Origin: a virus
Taxonomy: Duplodnaviria; Heunggongvirae; Uroviricota; Caudoviricetes
DNA: 6,771 nt
IMG/VR virus record: IMGVR_UViG_2534681934_000014
Reading direction: 5' to 3' (one strand)
Shown: positions 1 through 6,234 of the stretch, piece after piece
Layout of the letters: each line of letters opens with the position of its first letter
How positions within the stretch are numbered: position 1 is the first letter of the stretch
Notes under the pieces: generated by a model
Database searches by the model: none
Told to the model about the DNA's origin: nothing
The model's input: only the letters and a program-made list of their open reading frames with translations
Translations under genes and position numbers: made by a program

Positions 1-938
1 GGGACCATCTGGTCGCAGTACTGCGCAATGGCATACAGCGCCCACTTGTCCACATCCGCCGCCCCCAGGCGTTTTCCCATGCCGTAGCGCGGGTGAGTCA
101 GCATGTCCCACAGGCACCAGGCAGGGTTGTTGCTGTATGCCGGTTTCAGGCTGCCGTCCCAGATGCCGCTGTACGTGCGTTTTTCCGGGTCATAGTTTGA
201 CGGCACCTGGATGATGCGACCGCGGATATGGTAGTTCACCGTCATCTGCTGACCGCCAAACTGCTCCGCATCCACCTGCAGCCCCACAATCGCCGTGTTC
301 GGGTAGCACTGTTTCACATCGATGATTTCGGTGTATGACGACCACAGCGTTCTGTTCTGCAGCTGGTCCGTGGTGCTGTCCGCCGTCTCCCTGACCATCC
401 GGATGTTAAAGGGCCGGGGCGGCAGATTATCCAGAATCACCGACGCCAGGAACTGCGAGGTGGTCTTGCCGTTAATGGTGACATCCTTTTCCGTCACCCA
501 GTTACCGTTACGCTGCAACTGAATCAGCAGTCGGACAGAAGAGTGATTACGGTCGCCCTTTGAGGTGGTCTCCAACAGTGACTGCACCCCGAAGGTGACC
601 CGCAGGCGGTCAATGTTCGCGGACGTAATGGTGCGCGTCACCGGCTTTGCCTTCGTCACTTCCACGCCCAGTCCGGTTTCAGCTCCGGAGGACTCAAAGC
701 CTTCAGGTGGTGTCTGCTCCTGCTCCCCGGCGCGCCAGACCGCTGTCACACCATGTATCACAGGATTACCGTCCGTGTCCGTCAGCGGGGTTTTGTTCAC
801 CAGAATACTCTGCAGCCCCTTCACCGGACCTTCAATCGGCCCTTCACCAATGGCGTCAATCACGCTCATCATCTGCGTGGACTTAAGATTGTCCTTTGCC
901 TCTACCGGCGTGTGCCCCTTGCCGCCCCCTTTACCCAC
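1..938 (-). CDS. J: Tail tip / central tail fibre protein J, N-terminal 312 codons (continues past window start)
   Basis: Minus-strand translation from GTG at 938 reads VGKGGGKGHTPVEAKDNLKSTQMMSVIDAIGEGPIEGPVKGLQSILVNKTPLTDTDGNPVIHGVTAVWRAGEQEQTPPEGFESSG...TITSANIDRLRVTFGVQSLLETTSKGDRN, closely matching the lambda gpJ N-terminus as I recall it (MGKGSSKGHTPREAKDNLKSTQLLSVIDAISEGPIEGPVDGL...). The frame is closed by a TGA at 1013-1015 and has no in-frame ATG upstream; GTG at 938 sits 10 nt after an AGGAGAGGGGGA Shine-Dalgarno-like stretch. Not in the ORF track because it is truncated by the window edge. Confidence 0.9.
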   Translation of the reverse strand, partial: MGKGGGKGHTPVEAKDNLKSTQMMSVIDAIGEGPIEGPVKGLQSILVNKTPLTDTDGNPVIHGVTAVWRAGEQEQTPPEGFESSGAETGLGVEVTKAKPVTRTITSANIDRLRVTFGVQSLLETTSKGDRNHSSVRLLIQLQRNGNWVTEKDVTINGKTTSQFLASVILDNLPPRPFNIRMVRETADSTTDQLQNRTLWSSYTEIIDVKQCYPNTAIVGLQVDAEQFGGQQMTVNYHIRGRIIQVPSNYDPEKRTYSGIWDGSLKPAYSNNPAWCLWDMLTHPRYGMGKRLGAADVDKWALYAIAQYCDQMV

Positions 939-979
939 TCTGTCCCCCTCTCCTGTCTGATGTCTGAATCTGTTTATGC

Positions 980-1012
980 CAGAAAACAACAGGCACCCCG
1001 GAGGGTGCCTGT
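980..1012 (-). terminator. Putative rho-independent terminator (minus-strand sense) downstream of the small ORF and upstream of J
   Basis: Perfect 10-bp GC-rich stem (989-998 pairing with 1003-1012, ACAGGCACCC / GGGTGCCTGT) with a 4-nt loop; on the minus-strand transcript it is followed by UGUUUUCUGG. On the plus strand the same hairpin is not followed by a U tract. Confidence 0.5.
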
Positions 1013-1013
1013 G

Positions 1014-1133
1014 TCATGACGGAATAAAATTTCTGAAACTCTTCACATTTCCGGCAATTGCCTGTAGCCGCAATAATGACGCTGCATTACTTTTTTGATG
1101 CCTGAAAAATAACTCCATAACGTTAATCTTCAT
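1014..1133 (-). CDS. Hypothetical small protein (39 aa), candidate moron ORF between I and J
   Basis: ATG at 1133 preceded by GGGAGAG about 6 nt upstream; translation MKINVMELFFRHQKSNAASLLRLQAIAGNVKSFRNFIPS; TGA at 1014-1016; immediately followed by the hairpin/U-tract at 980-1012. Sits in an AT-rich island (~1014-1140) between GC-rich tail genes. No homolog recognised; too short for the ORF track. Confidence 0.25.
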   Translation of the reverse strand: MKINVMELFFRHQKSNAASLLRLQAIAGNVKSFRNFIPS

Positions 1134-1141
1134 CGTTCTCT

Positions 1142-1179
1142 CCCGCAGCTCCGCTAACTCTGCGGGATTTTTTTATTTT
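1142..1179 (+). terminator. Putative rho-independent terminator in plus-strand sense (antisense to the tail operon)
   Basis: Stem CCCGCAG (1142-1148) pairing with CTGCGGG (1160-1166), 11-nt loop, followed by ATTTTTTTATTTT (1167-1179). The U tract follows the hairpin only on the plus strand. The I stop codon (1179-1181) lies at the end of the T tract. Confidence 0.45.
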
Positions 1180-1856
1180 CATCCCCGCCCGATAACCACC
1201 ACTTTCCCGTCTCCGCCCTCATCACGGGTGCTGATGTCCTGGGATATCCGTCGTGAACCAACCAGCATTTCACCATAAGGCACCGGCATCGGGTTCCCCT
1301 GGGCAATCATGTTATCCAGTGACGAAAAATACGTGTTCTGTTTACCGTTATCCGTTGCGCGGTAATCCGGTGTTTTTTGCCTTCGGTGCCAGCATCTGGG
1401 CCACACCGCCCAGTATCATGCTGGCCCCCAGTGAAAACAGCATCGTGGTGGCAGAAAAACCACCGGCTGCCAGGGCTGAACCCCATAACGCCATTGATGC
1501 CCCGGCCGTGAAGAAAGAGCCCACGATGGCTGCCGCCCCCAGCACAATCTGCAGTCCACCCTTTCCGGCCCGGCCAGTCGCGGCACAATATGGATGACCG
1601 CCCCCTCACCCAGAGGTTCGTGAAGACGGGCGTACACCGCCTCCGGTGCCGTGTCCTCACCGCGAATACGTATCTGGTACCAGCCTTCGTTCATCTGACG
1701 GCGGAATCCCGGCACCTGTAACGACAGCGCCCGGATGGCTTCCGCTGCCGTGTTCACATACAGGCTGAGGCGGCGGCCAAATCGTTGCAAATCCCCGTGA
1801 AGGCAGATGCGTGCCAGTGGCGGTGACGCCAGACAGAATGCGTTCGTCGTTGCCAT
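1179..1856 (-). pseudogene. I: Tail tip assembly protein I, reading frame disrupted by two compensating 1-nt indels
   Basis: Three successive minus-strand segments match lambda gpI in order. Frame A from ATG 1856: MATTNAFCLASPPLARICLHGDLQRFGRRLSLYVNTAAEAIRALSLQVPGFRRQ...VIHIVPRLAG. Frame B (~1570 to ~1376): KGGLQIVLGAAAIVGSFFTAGASMALWGSALAAGGFSATTMLFSLGASMILGGVAQMLAPKAK. Frame A again (~1376 to 1179): TPDYRATDNGKQNTYFSSLDNMIAQGNPMPVPYGEMLVGSRRISQDISTRDEGGDGKVVVIGRG. Switch points fall in a G/C run (~1566-1572) and a T6/A6 run (1373-1378). Read in frame A alone, the ORF gives 146 aa with a nonsense C-terminus and a stop at 1416. The ATG at 1856 overlaps the 3' end of K by ~100 nt. Confidence 0.8.
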
Positions 1857-2497
1857 TTTTCGGAATACCTCTCCCGTTTACTCAGTTGTTCAGGCAGATG
1901 GTGAAGCAGTTCACCGTTGCCGCAGTATATGGCGGCATGATTGGCCACCGATGCGCCAAAGCAGCACAGCAGGATATCGCCCGCCTGTGCAGAGGACAGG
2001 GGCACCCGGTAAAAACCAGTCGCCGCCATATTGTCCAGGTAAAGGTTCTGACCGTTGCGCCACCAGTCATCCTCACGCACAAAATCCGGCAGCGTTATCC
2101 CCGCCAGATGGTATGCATCCCGGAACAGGGTGTAACAGTCCGTCACCCCGTGCTCAAAACGACGCCCGGTCAGGTGCGGCACACAGCGGAATTTGTGAAT
2201 TTCCCCCCGGCAGACCAGCCACCAGGGCAGGGCACTCTTTATCTGCAGCCGCCGGTCGGCCTCGCTCAGCCAGGGCAGACCACCAGGGTGGCTGTGAACC
2301 AGCGCCACAATCTCCCCCTGCATCTCTGCCTGCAGCCAGTCTTCCGGCGCAATACGAAAATACGCCTCCGGCTCTGCGGAGATATTCACGCAGGGCTGGT
2401 ACCGTTCGCCCTCCGGGGTGCCTATCACGAAGCCGCACGACTCCGCAGGCGCACACCGCCGGGCACGCACCAGAATCGCTGATTCAGTCTGTGTCAT
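1754..2497 (-). CDS. K: Tail tip assembly protein K (JAB/MPN-type metalloprotease-like plus NlpC/P60-like domains), 247 aa
   Basis: ATG at 2497, 10 nt after the L stop; MTQTESAILVRARRCAPAESCGFVIGTPEGERY... matches the lambda gpK N-terminus as recalled. Contains HSHPGG...SEADRR (JAMM-like) and a downstream Cys/His region (DCYTLF...HAAIY) typical of NlpC/P60. The track ORF 1754..2758 is the same frame extended upstream into L; the extension is not homologous. Confidence 0.9.
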   Translation of the reverse strand: MTQTESAILVRARRCAPAESCGFVIGTPEGERYQPCVNISAEPEAYFRIAPEDWLQAEMQGEIVALVHSHPGGLPWLSEADRRLQIKSALPWWLVCRGEIHKFRCVPHLTGRRFEHGVTDCYTLFRDAYHLAGITLPDFVREDDWWRNGQNLYLDNMAATGFYRVPLSSAQAGDILLCCFGASVANHAAIYCGNGELLHHLPEQLSKRERYSEKWQRRTHSVWRHRHWHASAFTGICNDLAAASACM

Positions 2498-2507
2498 AAA
2501 ACAGGAT

Positions 2508-3206
2508 TTACTGCGAAAGTTTATTGATGGAAAGGAAACCGCCAAAATTAGCCACCATGCCGCGCATCTCACACCCGCGCATGCATTTACTGCATCTGTC
2601 CTTCCGGATATCCGTGGTGGGGTTGTCGAACTCATCCGCCACTGCCGGACCGTTATACCCGCATTCATCGCCCCGGTAATCCCACATACAGGTGTTCGCC
2701 AGCATGATGCGACCGGGAAACAGCGCCCCGTCCGTCTCCGTCGGTGTCGCCAGCACAAACGAGGCCGTCATGGCCGTCAGCGATGACATCTGCTCCACCA
2801 CCCACCGGTCCGTCAGCTCCTGCTCAGGGTCTGCCTCAGGATTGCCTGCCACAAAATTCACCGCATCCAGAAAACGGGCATACACCCGGCGGCGGACCAC
2901 CGTGGCCCCCACCAGGCTCTGCAGGTCCTCCGCCATCCCGGTGACCAGACCAAACAGATTCGACACCGTCAGCGACAGTCTGGCACTGCTGCCCTTCCCG
3001 TTCATCTCAAAGCCACTGCCGTCAATCGGGTATGCCTGATATTGCCGCCCCTGCCAGGTAACCGCCTCCCCTTTTTCATTCAGCTCATTGCAGAAAAAAT
3101 ACCGCTCACCGCCCTGCGCCGTCAGGTCGATTTCCCAGAGTACCACCCGCGGTGACTGCTCTGATTTAACCGACTCGTTCAGACTTTCTTCGTGAATATC
3201 CTGCAT
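2508..3206 (-). CDS. L: Tail tip assembly protein L, 232 aa
   Basis: Track ORF, same length as lambda gpL; start overlaps the M stop (TGATG). The C-terminal region carries clustered cysteines (CMWDYRGDEC...DRCSKCMRGC), consistent with the reported Fe-S binding domain of gpL. Confidence 0.9.
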   Translation of the reverse strand: MQDIHEESLNESVKSEQSPRVVLWEIDLTAQGGERYFFCNELNEKGEAVTWQGRQYQAYPIDGSGFEMNGKGSSARLSLTVSNLFGLVTGMAEDLQSLVGATVVRRRVYARFLDAVNFVAGNPEADPEQELTDRWVVEQMSSLTAMTASFVLATPTETDGALFPGRIMLANTCMWDYRGDECGYNGPAVADEFDNPTTDIRKDRCSKCMRGCEMRGMVANFGGFLSINKLSQ

Positions 3207-3535
3207 CAGTTCACCACCTGCTTAAACTCCGCGCTGAACTCAACGCGCAACATCCCGACCCGCGCAGACCACCCGGCACAGGTCACCTTTATCTGCCGGT
3301 ATGCATAGGGTGGCTTCCACAAAAATGCCTTCCAGCCTCCGTGCTCTGCCAGGAACGCTTCCAGATGCCGGGCCTCCTCCCGGGTCACGGAAAGCGTCAC
3401 ACGGTATGTTTTCAGGTCAGCATTCAGCCCTGCCGCCATACGCTGTGAGTACCCGTCACCAAAACGCACTTCACGCACCGATGGCTGCGAGTTCACCTCC
3501 ATATCCGGCTTCACTTTCCAGCGAAAGGTTTTCAT
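3206..3535 (-). CDS. M: Tail tip protein M, 109 aa
   Basis: Track ORF MKTFRWKVKPDMEVNSQP..., same length as lambda gpM; its ATG overlaps the H stop in an ATGA arrangement (translational coupling). Confidence 0.9.
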   Translation of the reverse strand: MKTFRWKVKPDMEVNSQPSVREVRFGDGYSQRMAAGLNADLKTYRVTLSVTREEARHLEAFLAEHGGWKAFLWKPPYAYRQIKVTCAGWSARVGMLRVEFSAEFKQVVN

Positions 3536-6171
3536 CGCCCGCTCCCCGATAACATACCGCCATCACGCAACTGCAGCCGGAGCTCATCCTGCGCCCCCTT
3601 GCGGGCCATGTCATACACCGCCTTCATCAGCTGCGGCCCCGCCTGTCCGTTGGTGCCGTCGTTCTGAATCACCACGTGATTGTTCTGATTAAAATTAATA
3701 CCTTCCGCCCGCCGCATCTGCGCCGGACTTCCGGCACCACCCACATAACCACCTTCCGCATAGCCGCGCATCAGACGGTAAAGATTCCCCACACCTATCC
3801 GGCTGGTTGCCTCTTTCGTGAAAACAAACTCCCCGCGGTGAACTATCCCCGCAGGCTCATATTTGCCGCCCGTCCCCGTAAATCCTCCGGTCGCGAAATG
3901 GAAGTTCGCCGCCGCAGCCTGAATGGCCGTCCCCGAGGAAGCAGATGCACCACCACCGAAAGCACCGCCAATGGCGCTGCCGATACGCCCGACAATGCCC
4001 ACCATGGCCTGTTTAAGCAGGATTTCTGTCATCATGGACAGCACCGAACGGGTGAATCCCCGCCAGTCTGCCTCTGCACCGGTCAGCATCGCCGCCATAT
4101 TCTGTGCAATACCGTCAAAGGTCTGCGTGGCAGCACTTTTAACCTGCGAAAAACTGTCCGTCGCACTTTCCGCCCACTCGCCCCAGCCGGACTTCAGCCC
4201 GGCCATCCAGCTTCCACGAAGCTGCTCCTCCGCAGACCTGGTGTTCTTCAGTGCCGATGTGGCCTTCGCCAGCGCAGCCGGATTATCACCGTACACGTCC
4301 CGAAGACGCTGCGCTTCAGACTCCCGCTGCGCCTGACGGTCAGTGAGACCGCGGGCTTTTGCGCTGATGGCGGCCTGCTTCGCGCTCTGCTGCTCTTCAA
4401 ACCGCACCGCCTGCTGTGCCAGCTCATTCAGGCGTTTCTGGTATTCAACCTTGTCGCCCAGCTCAGCCAGCTGGCGTTTGTACTCCAGCGTCTCGTCTTT
4501 ATGCGCCAGCAGGGATTTTTCCTGCTCAGATAACTGTCGTTTCGTGGCAGCCTCTTTCAGGACCGCATACTGACTTTCCGCCTTCCATAAATCACGGCGC
4601 TGCCGGCTGATTTTCTCATTCGCACCGCTGTGTTTTTCCAGCGTCCTGAGCTCAGCTTCAAGGGCAAGCAGAGCCTCTCTTGCCTGCTCCTCTTCCCTCT
4701 CCCCGGCAGAGCGCGTTTTCGGTGATGTATGCTTTTTACCTGTCAGCTCTTCAGCCAGACGGCTGACGGCTTCCTGCTGCCCCGGACCTTTGCTGACGCC
4801 TGTTGCACGCGAGCGGTTGATGTACCCCATTTCCCCCTGGCGTATACGCGCATCCCGTTCCGCAATGGATTTTCTCAGCGCCAGTTCATCGCGTTTTGTT
4901 TTCTCAATAAATACGCGGTTCTCTTCTGCCAGTTCACCAAACAACGCACCAACGCCGGGCACATTCTTTGTCGTTTCCCAGGCTGACTGAATAAATTCAG
5001 CCAGCGCCAGATCCCCCTGCACAAGCAGCAGCTTCACTTGTTCAACGGTTCCGGCCACCACGTCAGTGATCAGACTGAGTGCCCCCAGTGTATGATCACC
5101 TATCCATGCCCATGCGTCAGAAGTCCAGGTTTTAACATCGTCCCAGATTTTTTCCACCGGCGTGGCCGCTTTATCAAGTTGCTCCAGACGTGCATTCATG
5201 ACATCCGCAAACAGGGACATCGCCTCCGTCACCGCAACCTGTTTACCTTTCGTGCGCTCAAGCTCATCAATATGGCGTAACTGGGAAACGCTCAGGAAGT
5301 TATACTGCTGATTCAGGGAGGCCAGCGCCTTCACCGGATCTGCTGCAATCCCTTCAAAGGCTTTTTCCACCTTCCCGGCATCGTCCCCCACCGTCTGCAG
5401 CCATCTCTGAGAGGTTTCCCCCATGATCCGTAGCTGCCCGGCGGTATATTTCCCGCTTTCTGCCAGACGGGCCAGATTTTCTGCCGCCTGTCTGATACCA
5501 CCACCGGCTTCATCGCTGATCACCCCGGCCATTTTCCACAATTCTGCCGTTGTGGTGGCAGCCGCCCCTCCGGTCAGGATCAGTGAACGCAATAAGGCCC
5601 GGTCAGCCTGCTCTGCCTGCCAGGCGGCGGCAGCAAGCGCGGCCAGTACGGCAACCCCGCCACCTGCCGCCACACGGGCCACCGACATAAATCGTCCCAG
5701 CTCACCGGCATTCCGGGCATTTTCAGCCAGTGCATTTGCCGTATCTGACAGCGACTCCTCTGATGATTCAGAGGCATCCCTGATCCCGAGAAGTTCCTCC
5801 TTCAGCAGGGTAAGCAGGCTGAGCGGTCCACCGAATGAATCGCTGATCTGCCCCCCCTGCTGCAGCATGATAAGGAAGGGATTCTGACCACCGGCAAGCT
5901 GAGTGACAATATCCGTGAACTGTGCGGGCAGTGTGCGCATGGCAGCCTTATACTGTCCGACTGATATCCCGGCTTTTTGTGCCGCCAGCGCCTGTCGGCT
6001 CAGCCCCTGTTCAACAGTACTGGCGGTTTTTCTGGCATCCGCCTCCAGACTGGAAAAATGAGCGTCCAGTTGGGTATCCTGAAAATAATGCGTGCAGTAA
6101 AAACGTCGCCAGTCGGCATATTCGGTGGATGTCATCCCGGCAAGCATGGCGCGCCAGTCGGGTCTCCCCAT
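3532..6171 (-). CDS. H: Tail length tape measure protein H; the ORF as drawn starts at the first ATG, but the frame is open upstream to 6234 and is the -1 frame of G
   Basis: 879-aa track ORF. From ~6034 the translation (ARKTASTVEQGLSRQALAAQKAGISVGQYKAAMRTLPAQFTD...) aligns with lambda gpH from about residue 36 as recalled; the C-terminal ~400 aa (LLALEAELRTLEKHSGANEKISRQRRDLWKAESQ ... GIVHRGEFVFTKEATSRIGVGNLYRLMRGYA ... KAVYDMARKGAQDE) are near-collinear with lambda gpH. The central ~380 aa (Ala/Gly-rich) differ from lambda. The first ~45 codons after ATG 6171 resemble gpT, not gpH. No convincing Shine-Dalgarno precedes ATG 6171 or the next in-frame ATGs. Confidence 0.85.
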   Translation of the reverse strand: MGRPDWRAMLAGMTSTEYADWRRFYCTHYFQDTQLDAHFSSLEADARKTASTVEQGLSRQALAAQKAGISVGQYKAAMRTLPAQFTDIVTQLAGGQNPFLIMLQQGGQISDSFGGPLSLLTLLKEELLGIRDASESSEESLSDTANALAENARNAGELGRFMSVARVAAGGGVAVLAALAAAAWQAEQADRALLRSLILTGGAAATTTAELWKMAGVISDEAGGGIRQAAENLARLAESGKYTAGQLRIMGETSQRWLQTVGDDAGKVEKAFEGIAADPVKALASLNQQYNFLSVSQLRHIDELERTKGKQVAVTEAMSLFADVMNARLEQLDKAATPVEKIWDDVKTWTSDAWAWIGDHTLGALSLITDVVAGTVEQVKLLLVQGDLALAEFIQSAWETTKNVPGVGALFGELAEENRVFIEKTKRDELALRKSIAERDARIRQGEMGYINRSRATGVSKGPGQQEAVSRLAEELTGKKHTSPKTRSAGEREEEQAREALLALEAELRTLEKHSGANEKISRQRRDLWKAESQYAVLKEAATKRQLSEQEKSLLAHKDETLEYKRQLAELGDKVEYQKRLNELAQQAVRFEEQQSAKQAAISAKARGLTDRQAQRESEAQRLRDVYGDNPAALAKATSALKNTRSAEEQLRGSWMAGLKSGWGEWAESATDSFSQVKSAATQTFDGIAQNMAAMLTGAEADWRGFTRSVLSMMTEILLKQAMVGIVGRIGSAIGGAFGGGASASSGTAIQAAAANFHFATGGFTGTGGKYEPAGIVHRGEFVFTKEATSRIGVGNLYRLMRGYAEGGYVGGAGSPAQMRRAEGINFNQNNHVVIQNDGTNGQAGPQLMKAVYDMARKGAQDELRLQLRDGGMLSGSGR

Positions 6172-6234
6172 CTCTCGCGCCAGTTTCAGGACAAAGTTCA
6201 GCTCGCCTTCGAATGCTTTTTTGATGTTACCGAC
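6034..6234 (-). other. T-like remnant (GT chaperone -1 frame) fused in frame to H; no stop codon between T-like sequence and H
   Basis: The frame that opens after the TGA at 6235-6237 reads VGNIKKAFEGELNFVLKLAREMGRPDWRAMLAGMTSTEYADWRRFYCTHYFQDTQLDAHFSSLEAD and then runs straight into H-homologous sequence. The AMLAGMTSTEYADW.RFY.THYF motif matches my recollection of the N-terminal part of lambda gpT. Coordinates of the junction are approximate. Confidence 0.6.

Noticed and set aside
322-1019. Plus-strand ORFs 322..522, 565..960, 647..886 and 753..1019 (66-131 aa)
   Set aside because: They lie antisense to the well-supported J coding region, or span the J start, have proline/arginine-rich low-complexity translations typical of antisense frames in GC-rich genes, and show no RBS or recognisable homology.
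1307-2499. Other ORFs overlapping K and I (minus 1307..1660, 1882..2082, 2154..2456; plus 1253..1597, 1807..2499, 1811..2482)
   Set aside because: They are alternative frames or antisense frames of K and I with Arg/Pro/Trp-rich nonsense translations; the only parts with meaning are the gpI-homologous segments already accounted for in the I pseudogene.
2498-2758. N-terminal extension of the K ORF in the track (1754..2758, 334 aa)
   Set aside because: The first 87 codons lie inside L in another frame and have no K homology; the homologous K sequence begins at the internal ATG at 2497 (MTQTES...), 10 nt after the L stop.
2418-3552. Plus-strand ORFs 2418..2786, 2692..3039, 2744..2944 and 3301..3552 and minus ORF 5331..5513 / 5580..5777
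   Set aside because: Antisense or alternative-frame ORFs within L, M and H with no supporting signals.
6171-6198. A separate T gene between G and H, as in lambda
   Set aside because: Looked for but not present: only 27 nt separate the G stop from the first ATG of the H ORF, and no other minus-strand frame is open here. The T-like sequence exists only as a ~60-codon in-frame prefix of H (reported as a finding).
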